Below are positions 27,186 to 40,607 of a stretch of 64,000 nt of DNA, one piece after another. Position 1 is the first letter of the stretch, and each line of letters begins with the position of its first letter. Both the position numbers and the translations under genes were made by a program. The stretch comes from Octopus bimaculoides (taxonomy: Eukaryota): positions 168,382,488 to 168,446,487 of the forward strand of contig NC_068981.1 of the NCBI RefSeq assembly GCF_001194135.2. The letters are read 5' to 3'. Under the pieces are notes generated by a model, which saw nothing but the letters and a program-made list of their open reading frames with translations, had not been told where the DNA came from and did no database searches.

Positions 27186-29809
27186 AACTGAGTGATAGAA
27201 GAGTTGTGTCCCACCCACCATACCTTAAGAAATCTAACCACAACTCCTCGTCTAACTGCATATTTCTCTTCCTCAAATTTCCTCTTCATAAATTATGATT
27301 GTTTTCCAATCCTCTTCCTTGCCTTCATTGCCCTGCTCACTGCTACCCACACCTTATTTTTCTAACCAGGTTCTATGCTCATATTCTTGTTACTAATGAG
27401 TATACCCCAGCACTACACCATTTCTTTTCTGCTCTCTCTTACACTTTTTCTGTTTCCTACTCTCTATTTCCCTTTGGTCACTCTCTCTCTCTCCACTTGT
27501 TTTTCCTCTGACTAGGTAACCAAGTATCTCCTTTGCATCAGCACACTTCTTTCTGGCCTCTTTCTTGTAACTCTCTCTCACTGGGTAACCATGTACCTCT
27601 GCTATAGCAAGACACCTATTTCTGCCTCTCTATTTTCATCTTACACTCTAACCTTTCATTATTTGGTACTGGATTACCTCCTGTAATGCCTCCTCTATTG
27701 TGGCAAGACGCTTCTGTCTCTCTGTCACACTCTAACCTTCCCATGGAAAATGGACATTCATCATCATCATTTAACGTTCGCTTTCCATGCTAGCTTGGGT
27801 TGGATGATTTGACTGGGGACTGGTGAAACCAGATGGCTACACCAGACTCCAATCTGATCTGGCAGAGTTTCTACAGCTGGATGCCCTTCCTAACGCCAAC
27901 CACTCCGAGAGTGTAGTGGGTGCATTTTATGTGCCACTCCGGCGGTACTGGCAACGGCCACGCTCAAGATGGTGTTTTTTATGTGCCACCTGCACAGGAG
28001 TCAGTCCAATGTTTTGTTCACATGCCACCAGCACAAGTGCCAGTAAGGGAAAGCTAGAAACGATCGCGCACAAATGGTGCTTTTGACATGCCACCGGCCT
28101 GGAAGCGAGACTGCTGCTCTGGCAGTGATCCCGCTTGGATGGTGCTGTTAGCGATCCACTGGCACGGGTGCCGAAAATGGTGATAATATACATATATATG
28201 CATATAAACATACACACACACACATATATATAGATTAATAGGGATCCATTTCAGAAACCAAAGCAGACCAAAGTGAAGCACACCACATTTAATGGCGAGA
28301 TGTTCAGCAATGAAAGGAAGTTCATTGGTATTTTGTTTTCTGCAAATCCAAGAGTCTCCAAAATTGAATGGAATTTTAAGCATGTATGTGTGTCTGGATA
28401 TATATGTGTATATACACACACATACACACCTTACAACCATTAGTTTTATGTTTTACCAGCTATTACACAACCAATAAAATATGTGAGACAATTTTGTATT
28501 TATATACTGGATAAACAAGAAAAAGATGTTGAATTGTATAAAGCTATCAGTTTACTTGTCATTTTGAAAATAATATGAATTTTTTTGTTCATGTTAACTA
28601 AGAAAATTTGATTCTCTTTCTTATATAATGCAGGTAACTGTGTTATGTGACTTTTTTTTAATTATCTAACAATCCTCGGGTGTTATACAATTTGAAAATG
28701 TTTTAGCAACTATTTTGATTTTCAACAACAAAAAGATATCAGTTCTGAACATTTGTTCAGGTGTAACCTTTGTGTAACAAACAATATATAAATTATCTGA
28801 GAGGATAATGTCACAGTCATTGTTAGTGTGTTTATAAGGATTGGTATGTTGCAATATAACCCATGCAATTTTATATTTCTAAAAAAAATTTAAAAAATTA
28901 AAATCAATATTTTAAAAATTTTGATAAACTTACGCACAAAAACCTTCCTACAAATACTGACTAAACTGTCCTTTAAATTTATTTTCAGTTAATACAATGT
29001 TATCAGTAAAAACTGAATCAGCAATTGTACACACTTCTTGTACAACAAACTATTGATTTCAAAATGCATGAATTAATTAACGGAGAATTCACAAAGTTAA
29101 GATAAAGACACGAGCTGGAAGTATTACATATAGAAGGTTGTTTAACATTTTCATTATTTATGTTCACTATTTCTATTGCAGAATTGTGTACAGCTGAAGC
29201 TAAATTTAACGTTGTTTCTATTAGAAATTTTAAAATATTTACGATTCTTCAAAAGTGGTTAAGTAAGTATTTATACTAAGATTGCCCAAAATAAATGATT
29301 TTAAAATTTTCTTATACAACTTATTCTATCTTTATTTCATTTTAATGGTTCATTATAAGGGTCTACATTGTAGAAAGAAATTTTCAAGGTGAAATACCAG
29401 CTAATATTTTTTACAAAACTGCTTATCGTAGGTCAGACAGAATAACCAAGGCAGATTTTCTATAGCTAAATGCCCTTTCTGTTGCTAACCCACATCTTTT
29501 CTTTAAAACAAGGTAATATTTCTCTAAGGCCAGACATGTTCTCGCAGAATATGGGAAATAAATGACACTGTTTGACAATTGATATCAAGAGAAGAAAACG
29601 CCTACACATACAGATAGATAGATAAACACAGGGTGGGCTCTTTAAGTTTCTATTTACAAAATCCACTTACAAATCTTTGGTTGGCTTGGGGGCTATAGAA
29701 GATACTTGCCCAAGGTGCTGTGCATTGGGACTGAACCCAGAATCATGTGATTGGAAAGCAAACTTCTTACCATAAAGCCATGTCTGCCCATATATACATA
29801 CATACTTAC

Positions 29810-29845
<36 letters not shown>

Positions 29846-29882
29846 AATGAACATATGCACACATCAATAGAAGTACTAGACC

Positions 29883-30011
29883 CAGGACTTCACAGTATCC
29901 ATCGGGGCTACTCAATGTAATACAGACAACCTTAGAATCAAGGAGGCCATCCTCATGAACAAGCTGAACCCAGCTCTAAACAACAGAAAAAAGCTACATG
30001 AAGCAGATTGA
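29883..30011 (+). mobile_element. Penelope-like element, GIY-YIG endonuclease C-terminal relic
   Basis: Translates QDFTVSIGATQCNTDNLRIKEAILMNKLNPALNNRKKLHEAD*, matching the recalled PLE pattern L.I.EA..I....P.LN. Confidence 0.6.
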
Positions 30012-30700
30012 TTATTATAACAAAACCAGTCAACGCATGTCACCATCCTCTCCCACATGTCAGAGCAATGACTTATTCCAAGTGTCCTTAATAAAGGTTA
30101 TAACTCCGAAAAAGATAAAACTTCAACTGGTGTTCTGTTTTCACTTTTGTACTTCACATTGTATTTTATTTTGCATTGTTTTGGCTTTATCAAAAAAGTT
30201 TTATCAAATGTAATATCACACACTGCTTCTTCCAAATGTAATATCACACAATGCTTCTATGTTAATACATACACACACACACACACAATTGTGTGTTGCA
30301 ATTTTTTTCATTTGGCTTCCTAATATATCTTTCTTTTTAGACTGAAGGTTACATCTGAAAATTTAACTGTGTTTAATTCTTTAGCATTTAAACCAGCCAT
30401 ATACAACCCAAATATTCTACTTGTCTTTTGTTCAAGACAGCCAGATCTGGCCTCTTACACCTAACCTACAATGTCATTCTGAACATAATCACATCACTGA
30501 AATCTCAAAGCTATAAGAAAATGCATAATTAATTCAAAATGATGTGAATAAATAAGCATTAGATTTGACAACAATCTGAATGCTAAAGGGGGCAGAATTT
30601 TCTACGACTGGATGCCTTTCCTGTTGCTAACAACCACCTGTTTCCAAGTGAGGTGATAACCTGCCAGTTTTGTGAGCAACAAACAGCCCATACATGCTTT

Positions 30701-31060
30701 GGACAATGCTCCAGCAAACAAGTCCTTGGTTTCAATGGCTGCTGTGTATGACTGTGGCTTTGAACTGGTTGATCACCCTTCCTAGTTTCCTGATTTGGCC
30801 TGATGATCTGACAATCATCTGTTCCCCAGCATGAAAAACAAAATTGGCTTGGAACCAGTATCACAGTGATGACATCATGTCTGCTGTTGATGACTTCTTG
30901 GATCAAGAGGAAAGCTTCTTTACCAATGGGACCTAAGCACTGCAATACTGAAGGAGGTAATGTATGGACTACAAGGGGGACTATATTGGAAAATAAACCT
31001 CATTTGGTTGCATTCTAAGAGTGTCTTGGTTACCCTATGAATTTTTCAGCTGACCATCGT
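30701..31060 (+). mobile_element. Mariner (DD34D-type) transposase 3' relic
   Basis: DNAPANKS..MAAVYDCGFELVDHPS*FPDLA**SDNHLFPSMK...GDYIGK*. Confidence 0.85.
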
Positions 31061-32033
31061 GTATGTGTGTGGTTAAGAAGTTTGCTTCCCAAACATGTGG
31101 TCTTGGGATCAGCCCCACTGTACAGCAACTTGGACAAGTGTCTTCTAGTATAGCACTGGGCTGACCCAAACTTTGCTAGTGAATTTGACAGATGGAAACT
31201 GAAAGAAGCCCATCATATATATGTGTGTGTGTGTGTGTGTGAACATGCATATATATGTCAGGTCACTCTTGGTTGCTACTAGTAACATGTAACCCAGTGC
31301 AACCTGTTGCATGGCCAGGTTATTGGCAACTAAACTGGTAATCCCATCAAGCTTGCTTGATGAGGAGGGTGACTGTAGACACCCTGTAGGACAAAAATAT
31401 GATCTGTCAAAGGGCAGAAGAGCTCATGAGCAGTCAATGGCTATCCAACAATGTGTACACATGTCTGTATGCATGGTGACACGGAAATACCTGGGTTGGT
31501 GTCCAGGTGCGCAGTTGGTCTGCTGGGAGTGGGAATCCCCTCTGTTGTCATAAAATCTCTCTAGGAGAGGGAAACTCTGAGGGAAAACCTGCAACACTGA
31601 CAATATTCGATGATGTACACTAGTTTTTCTTTTCAAGTTTATGTTGTCCATATTCAGAGAGTGGGATTGGATTTGTGCAAATCCTTTCCCCACTATAAAA
31701 AAAATCATTATGCACAGGCATCGCTTGAAAAAAACAGTAAGACCTATCACAAAAATGGCTGGTCATAGCCTTCATATGTGTGGGACTTTCAATCAGGTGA
31801 TGGCAATACTTGAACACAAATTTGCAGCCATCATATCTTTTACTTGTTTCAGTCATTAGACTGCAGCCATGCTGGGGCACAACTCTAAAATTTTAGTTAA
31901 ATGATCTGAACTTATATATTTTTTAAAGCCATGTATTTATTCTATTGCACACTTTTGCCAAACTGCTAAGTCATGAGAATGTAAACACACCTATACTGGT
32001 TGTCAAGCAATCATGAGGAACAGAGACAAGGGG

Positions 32034-32080
<47 letters not shown>

Positions 32081-33967
32081 NNNNNNNNNNNNNNNNNNNN
32101 NNNNNNNNNNNNNNNNNNNNNNNNNNNNNNNNNNNNNNNNNNNNNNNNNNNNNNNNNNNNNNNNNNNNNNNATATAAAATGGGCTTTTTTCAGCTTCCAT
32201 CTACCAAATCTACTTACAAGGATTTGGTTGGCTTGAGGGTATTGTAGAAGACACTTGCCCAAGGTGCCACACTAAGAGACTGAACCCAGAACCATGTGGT
32301 TGGGAAGCAAACTTCTTACTACACAGCCATAAATGGGTGTTTGTGTGTTGTCCTCCATCAATACTTAGCAAGCTGTGTTTGTTTGTGTCCCCATAACTTT
32401 GCAGTTCAGCAAAAAAGACCAATAACGCAAGAGGCTTAAAAACAAATCCTGGGGATGATTTCTTTGACTAAACTCTTCAAAGTGGTGTCCCAACATGACC
32501 GAAATCCAATGACAGAAGCAAATCAAAGACAAAGATTACACACATACATAGATAGCTACTTTGCTTGTAATCATGTGGATTCAGGTTCTATCTGTGTCCC
32601 CTACTGTAGCTTTTGTGCTGACCAATGGCTTAGGAAAGGAATTGGTAGAAGGAAACAATACAGATACCACTGTGAGTCTGTAACAGAACAAGACTCTTGA
32701 AGAGGATTGGTCTGCAAGAATCCTGTGCTGGTGCCACATAAAAAGCACTCGTGTCAGCTTCACATTAAAAGCATCCAGTACACACTGTAAAGTGGTTGGC
32801 ATTAGGAAGAGCATCCAGGCATGAGAACCAAGCAGATTCAGACTGGAACCTGGTGCAGCTCTCTGGCTAGCCAGCTCTGCTCAAACAGTCCAACCTGTGC
32901 CAGCATGGGAACTGGACGTTAAAGGATGATGATGATGATGATGGCTATATGAGCAAGTATGCATATGTGAATGTTCCACATCTTCACATGCAAGAGCTTG
33001 ATCAAACAAAAATAAAAGATAACAGGACTGTAGTTTTTATCTTTTATTCGTTTCAGTTATTCGACTGCTGCCATGCTGGGGCACAACCTTGAAGAATTTT
33101 TAGTAGAATCAATTGAACCCAAAACTTATTTTCTTTTAAAACCTAGTATTTATTCTATTGGTTGCTTTTGCAGACCTGCTAAATTACAGGGATGCAAACA
33201 CATCAGCACTGGTGGTCAAGCAGTGGGGGAGGGGGGAACCAGCACAGACACAAAGACACACATATATATCTATATATGATGGGCTTCTTTCAGTTTCTTA
33301 TTTCTTTATTGCCCACAAGGGGCTAAACATAGAGGGGACAAACAAAGGGATTAAGTCGACCTCGGTGGAATTTGAACTCAGAATGTACCAGGAGACAAAA
33401 TACTGCTAAGAATTTCGCCCGGCGTGCTAACGTTTCTGCCAGCTCGCTGCCTTTCAGTTTCTATCTCCCAAATCCACTCACAAGGCTTTGGTTGACCCAA
33501 GGCTATAGTAGAAGACGCTTGCCCAAAGTGCCACACAGTGAGACTGAACCGAGGACCAAGTGGTTGGGAAGCAAACTTCTTAACACAGCTGTGTCTGTGC
33601 CTGTTGTCATTTTCTGTCAACAAATTATCCTCTAGCTCTCTACTCTCAAAGACAAGTGGAATAAAAACATCTCTTACTTGAGGAGGAAAAAAACAAAAGC
33701 ACATGTAGAGCATCTCGCTATACAATAACGACCCAATAATAATTATTCGTCCAACCTATGTTATTAATGTCCCTGTCAATTCTACATCTGTTGCACTCAG
33801 CTCCATCAGTATATTGTTTCACCTGTTCTTCCATCTCTCTTTCTTCTAACCATCATACATCCCAACCACAGTCTCACTGTGTGGCACCTTGGGCAAGTGT
33901 CTTCTACTAACCTGTGGATTTGGTAGAGAGAAACTGAAAGAAGCCCATCACGTGTGTGTATACCCTA

Positions 33968-34225
33968 ACAGTTGAGGGAACCCGTGGAAGAGGTAGGCCC
34001 AGGAAGACCTGGGCTGAGGTGGTGAGGCAAGACCTTCGTACATTGGGCCTCACCGAGGCGATGACTACTGACCGAGACCTTTGGAAATGTGCTGTGCGTG
34101 AGAAGACCCGGCAAGCCAAGTAAGATCGTTGCCAGTGCCCCTGGACTGGCTTGTGCGGGTGGCACATAAAAGACACCATTTCGAGCGTGGCCGTTTTCGT
34201 GCGGGTGACACGTAAAAGCACCCAC
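33968..34225 (+). mobile_element. RTE-type LINE ORF2 C-terminus plus start of 3' UTR
   Basis: VEGTRGRGRPRKTWAEVVRQDLRTLGLTEAMTTDRDLWKCAVREKTRQAK*, followed directly by GGTGGCACRTAAAAG subrepeats, then a gap. Confidence 0.85.
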
Positions 34226-35596
34226 NNNNNNNNNNNNNNNNNNNNNNNNNNNNNNNNNNNNNNNNNNNNNNNNNNNNNNNNNNNNNNNNNNNNNNNNNNN
34301 NNNNNNNNNNNNNNNNNNNNNNNNNNNNNNNNNNNNNNNNNNNNNNNNNNNNNNNNNNNNNNNNNNNNNNNNNNNNNNNNNNNNNNNNNNNNNNNNNNNN
34401 NNNNNNNNNNNNNNNNNNNNNNNNNNNNNNNNNNNNNNNNNNNNNNNNNNNNNNNNNNNNNNNNNNNNNNNNNNNNNNNNNNNNNNNNNNNNNNNNNNNN
34501 NNNNNNNNNNNNNNNNNNNNNNNNNNNNNNNNNNNNNNNNNNNNNNNNNNNNNNNNNNNNNNNNNNNNNNNNNNNNNNNNNNNNNNNNNNNNNNNNNNNN
34601 NNNNNNNNNNNNNNNNNNNNNNNNNNNNNNTATATACACGCGCACACACATATGTGAAAGCAAGTGGCCAAGTGGTTAGGCTGTTGCACTCACAATCACT
34701 AGATTGTGGGTTCAATTCTCAAACCAGGCAGTGAGCTGTGTTCCTGAGCAAAACACTTCATTTCGCATTGCTCCAGTTCCCCTTTTGATCAGGAATGTCA
34801 GCTAAAATGATGCAAAGCACTGTGGTCAGTGATGTGCAACAACATCTGACAGTCTGGTCAGTCACATGACACACATCTACATATGTATATTTATGTATGG
34901 GTGAGTGTTTGTGTTTCCTTGGCTCAACATCATGTGATAGTTGTAAATAATTGTCACTATCATACAAGTAGTGTCGTTGATTTTCAATATTTTGTGAGAG
35001 CATGTCTGGCCATACTTGGAAAGAGGCAAGGGTTGGTGACAGTAAAGTCATCCATCAATAGAAAATTTGCCTCAGGAAGAGCATCCAGCCGAAGAAAATC
35101 TGCATCATAATAAATTCTGTCCAACTCATTCAAATAAGGAAAAGTGGATTTAAATGAAGATCATGATATTCTCATTTCTCTTCTCTGCTAATGCTGTGCT
35201 GCGATTCATCACTCCCTTTCCCAATAAACCCCTTCCTATTGACATCCATCGCTCATTCTTACCACTGACACTTCCATTACTATCTATCACTTCCTCCCTC
35301 CACATTTTCGTAACATTCATCCACTCTCCCTGATTCTCCTGTCACCACTCTCTTGTCTATTCACCTTCTTGGACACCTTACCTTCAAGGGTACAAACGCA
35401 TACAAGCGTAGTGAGGACTATCTAACCTTACACAATACAAAGCAACCTCACTCGTGATGGTGTTACAATAAAATGTATCCAGTACAACCAACAAAGAGGG
35501 CAGCGAACGAGCAGAAATGAAATGACTCTTTAGTCTTGTCAAAGACATGACAACCTCTTTAGCAATGGTGCTATGATGAAATACACCAAGTATGCT

Positions 35597-35948
35597 GAAA
35601 TATCTCCCGTATCATCATCATCATCGCCTTTATTTTATGTCTGCTTTCCATGCCAGCATGGGTTAGGTGACTGCTACTATTCAACTTAGTTCTTATTAAC
35701 TCCAAATAAAATGAGTTGCAGGATCACATTATAAGTGATAGGACGAGTATCCTTCTATCATTAACCAAAAACTGAAATGGAGCCAAACCCCAAAAAATGA
35801 AAAGTATGGGCAAACATAGTCCTTCGACTCATTTTATTTGGAGTTAAGAAGAACTGGAATAAAAACTGAATTGAATAGTAGCAGTCATTTAACCAATGCT
35901 AGCATGGGAAATGGACATTGGTGATGATGATGATACTGGAGATATTTC
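35597..35948. repeat. Foldback (imperfect palindrome) with ~127-bp arms and ~96-bp spacer
   Basis: Arms 35597-35723 and 35820-35948 are reverse complements, including a 36-bp block with 3 mismatches. Confidence 0.8.
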
Positions 35949-38900
35949 TTCATTGCTATTCCTTATGATGAGTGCCACTCCAGTAAGAAACTAGAAGTTA
36001 ATTTCAACAATAATTTAAAACACATATATAAACGTAAACACTTTCCAAAGGTTTCAGTAGTTTCCATCTGAATTTCATTCATAAAGCTTCAATCAGTTGA
36101 AGGCTCATACCAGAACCAAGAAATTGTAAAATCATCTTTCTTAACCATGCGTATCACCATCATCATTGTTTCTAATGTCTACTTTTCTATGGTTACATGG
36201 ATCAGATGGAGTTTATTGAAGCAGATTTCTATGTCTGGATGCTCTTCCTGTAGACAACCCTTACCTGATTCCAGCAAAGTAACATTTCCCCATGACAGAC
36301 ATGTTTTGACAGAATATTACAAATGAAAGCCATTCATTTACAACAATCATGTCATGCCAAGACAAGGAGACACAAACATACATATATGAGAGGTTTCTGT
36401 AAGCCTCTGTCCATCAAACTCACAGGGTTTTCATCAGTCTGTGGCCACAACAGAAAACACCTGCCTAAGGTGCCAAGCAGTAGGACTGAACTCAACACCA
36501 TATTGTTGTCAAATGAACTTCTTAACCACACAGCCATGCCTGTGTTTACAAGGTGCAGGTGTGGCTGTATGGCCAAGAAGCCTACTTCCCCATCACATGA
36601 CTTCAGTGATATGTACTTGTGTATTAAGTGCAGGCATGGGTGTGCAATTAAGAAGTTTGCTTCCCAACTACATGGCACCTTGGGCAGGTATCTTCTATAA
36701 CCATAGGCCAGCCAAAGCTTTAAGTGTAAATTTGACAGAATGTGTGTGTGTGATGTGAATGCTTTTGTGTCTCCTCGTCTTGACACTGTAATATTTATAA
36801 ATGAACGCCTGAGTCAAATAAACAGTCATTCATTTCCAACTTCCCATAGAAGTATATTCAACGATAGGGAAAATGTTATCTTGCTTGGAAATGGGTGAGG
36901 GTTGGCAATCATGACATAGGAAATCTACCTCAATGAATGCCATCTGACCATGCAAGTATGGAAAACAGGACGTTGAAAAGATGATGATGATATGTATGTG
37001 AAAGACACAAGAGTAAGACGTGATCATTTGATATCAAAATAATGATGATGATGATAACGAGAGAGTTCATAACGTGTATGAACTGAGTTTTTGTACAGTA
37101 AAGTCAAAATTGTTGCAAAACCCAAAAAGAATGTGATAGATGTGATTCACCCTATGTATATTTTATATCTGAGCAATATAGATTAACAAAGTGAAAGTTT
37201 TGAAAATCAGATATTAAAAGTGAAAACGTTTAAAAATATGAATGTTGTTGTTTAGTGCCAGGTAAAGTCTTGACTGAGCACACACATGATCAAACTCATT
37301 CCAATGAAAACCAACCGGCCTGTTTTTTGTCTTTTTTCTCTTTCTTTTTGAGACATGTGACCATACTCTCTCAGGGATTTGCAGCGGTGACTAACAGACT
37401 GAATGAGAATTAAGGATTAACAGGCATCAATCGAAATTGGATAAGCTAGAGGGTGGCCATTTTGAAACTTGGTCCATTTAATGGACATGAAATATTTTTT
37501 CAGTCGATGTAAATCAGAATGAGCAACAGGTGAATGTCAACTAAAAGACAAAAACGGATTTTGTCAGATTAAACCATTATATATATATATATATAGTATT
37601 GAAAATAAAAAGAACACTGATCTTTGAAATTGGACGTTTGCTATTAGCAGATTCCAGCTGATAATTGAGCCTTCATCCAACTTACCCTGCGATATGATAA
37701 TTTCTAGCTGAAACCTCACTAAAAACAAATTGTTTCTTTTTTTTTTTTAATTTTTTTTTTTAACGTAACGTTAGATTTTAATATAGAATCTCTGGATTAT
37801 GAGTTTGGCATGTCACATGCAGTATATTCAGTAATTAATTAACTAGGACGAAAAGAAAGACAAAATTGGACGTAATATTCAAACAAGTCACGATGGGCTA
37901 AAATCGAACACGTCCGTCTCGCTTCCGACTGAATTGACAATTAATCTACATTGGCCAAGGTTTACTACGGCATGCAAACATATTAATAAAAAGCCATTGC
38001 TACTAATTTCGTTAAGTGTCAACATTAGGTACTCTGATAATTTCATACAATCTGAGAATAAAATATGTATGGGAATATATATTCGATTCTCAATCAGGAA
38101 TCACTTTCCTAACTGTAGGCTTTATACAATAAGAAATTTTAAAAATATACGGAACCATTAAGTAAATAAGGAAATATATAATGAAAAGAACGTCTATAGC
38201 CAGTGAGTGTAAATTTAAATTAGATGGAAACCTAACAGGAAAAGTTGAAGTTCACGTAAAGAGGCACATCCGATATATCTCGAGGCAATTTTTCATCACA
38301 CTACTGTATTTATTACATGGCACCTCCAACTATTTAAAGTGGAGCATCGGAAATTTAATTATTTAACTTAGCCTATATTAGAATATTCGGTGGACACAGA
38401 TCAATAAGCGGTTGACTGCTGTCGAAGAATTGCTTTCCTCTGACCATCGCATTGGACATGGGAGCAAGAAACCTGACAAGATTAAGACACTTCCTTCTCC
38501 ACCACCTTGTTTCGTTCCTCAGATTTAACTTTTGCAGCACATAATCCCAGCACTTAGCTTTTAGTATTTCAAGTGCACGGGTAAAAATATTCCAACTGAC
38601 GACAGCAAACATTCTCACTAGATCTAGTTTTCTTGACCTTTTTTTTAAATTAAAATTCTTTTTTATTGCTATAATTATAGAAAAATAATATCTATGATGC
38701 TAATAATTAGATAAATATTGCCCCGACTATCCAAGATCATGGGTAAAGAAATTTTGTTAAAATCGCAACCTATTTTATTATTACCATCATTATTATTATT
38801 ATTATAGAGTATTGGAAAATAATTTTATTACGAAATCCAGTTTTTAATTATTCAATCGACAAAGTAGCCAATATTTATAATGAATGTGACGATAAAATTA

Positions 38901-39169
38901 AAAAGAAAAAAATATTGGAATTTTATTACAAATAAAACAGACACAGGGAAATGAATACACTCACGCATAAATCTATGTATATTTATGGTTTATAATTTTC
39001 CAAATGAATACATATTTTACTATAANNNNNNNNNNNNNNNNNNNNNNNNNNNNNNNNNNNNNNNNNNNNNNNNNNNNNNNNNNNNNNNNNNNNNNNNNNN
39101 NNNNNNNNNNNNNNNNNNNNNNNNNNNNNNNNNNNNNNNNNNNNNNNNNNNNNNNNNNNNNNNNNNNNN

Positions 39170-39244
<75 letters not shown>

Positions 39245-39543
39245 AAGGAACGGTTTTAGAAAGAAGCACAGATATCAAGTATCTGTAGACATAGCGTAAT
39301 CACTGCAACTGGGGAAAAACTAAAGAATTTCCACAGCTATCACGTAATTAAACTCATAATAACTACCTAACTAGCTTTACCAACTCATTACCCCATCACA
39401 TAGCACATTCTTAAAATCTACAGTGAAGATCAGTAAATTTGAAGACTAAACAGTTAAAGCTGCCAAAAAGATCAAAGAATAAGCTGAGAGAAAGAACCGA
39501 TCCTAAACAGAAATGTTGGTTGGTTTCTGTTGCTATCACTTAC

Positions 39544-39637
39544 CTCATTGCCGCGGTATGGTGCCCGACGGTGGGCCTTTTACTGGTAGAATTGCCGTCT
39601 CCACGTCCTTCAATGGGATCTAAGGAATTAGGAGGAC
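39544..39637 (-). CDS. MCRIP2: MCRIP/FAM195-family gene, coding exon 2 (GPPNSLDPIEGRGDGNSTSKRPTVGHHTAAM+S)
   Basis: Pyrimidine-rich acceptor ...tctttattaatAG and donor GTAAGT. 94 nt with only one open frame. Phase 1 in and phase 2 out fit both neighbours. Confidence 0.8.
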
Positions 39638-40517
39638 CTATTAATAAAGAATAAAAGATAACAGGGAATCTTAAATGAGAAGACTAACTTTCACGTTGGA
39701 GGCGAACTAACGTGAAGATCTGGAACAAATATAGGGGCAGCAGTATATTTATCTGAACAATGGTTGATTCACATCTCGATATGTGAACGTGTTACAATAC
39801 ATACGCTGCGAAATGGAAACTAACAGCTATATAACACGAGAGACCTATCTTGTAATATTTAAAAAACTGTTCGTTGTACACAGATCTCAGAATTTTTATT
39901 TATATATTTTTTTGATAAGATAGGTTAATCACAAAGTTAGATTAGAAATAGCAACAATTTTTTCATTAAATAAAAGGCCGGTTGAAAACTAATCTCCATT
40001 TAATAGACACCTGGAACATGAATTTAAAATATTACATCACAATAAAACTCCCTATTTAGATTAATGATAGCTTTAATTCATAAATTGATATCGATCTCTA
40101 TGAAGTTAAGTCGATCACTTGATTATGATAACTTTAATTTGTAAAAGAAAATAATAAAGGGTATTATAAAGAGATGAAGGCAACTACCATGTGTAAGAGA
40201 AAGAGAAAAAGGAGAGACTGAAACGATAGAGAGAGAGATGTATAGAGAAATAGATAAAATATGAGGACGAAAATTAAAAGACAGCTAGATCGAGATTGGA
40301 ATGGAGGGGACAGAAAGAGAGAGAAATAAGAGTGGAAGAGATGCAACAGAAAGGGGAGCAAAAGAGAGGAGAATGAAACTAAAAACGGAAGAGACAGTTG
40401 GAGGTAAATGCAAATCATGATACGATTGCGATGTCTGAGAACGGAGAACACGAAATGTATTTCTACAGACATGTTTCTATGTTATTTTTCTGTTAGCTAA
40501 AGAATAAAAGCTATTAC

Positions 40518-40572
40518 CTCTACGAAGACCTAGGATTTTCCGATTTCTTGATGCATTCGCAGGTGCATACAT
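40518..40572 (-). CDS. MCRIP2: MCRIP/FAM195-family gene, first coding exon (MYAPANASRNRKILGLRR+G)
   Basis: ATG at 40572-40570, 18 codons +1 nt, then donor GTAATA. Phase 1 matches the next exon (g+gt=Gly). Loosely resembles the recalled MCRIP2 N-terminus MYT...RRTGP. The symbol means family homologue, not proven orthology. Confidence 0.75.
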
Positions 40573-40596
40573 CGCCACAACACCTAAGACTGAGTG

Positions 40597-40607
40597 GCGC
40601 CTGCGCA
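40597..40607 (-). promoter_or_regulatory. NRF1/Ewg-type GC motif (TGCGCAGGCGC) in the putative promoter
   Basis: Lies 25 bp upstream of the ATG in a locally CpG-rich zone. Motif match only. Confidence 0.45.
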
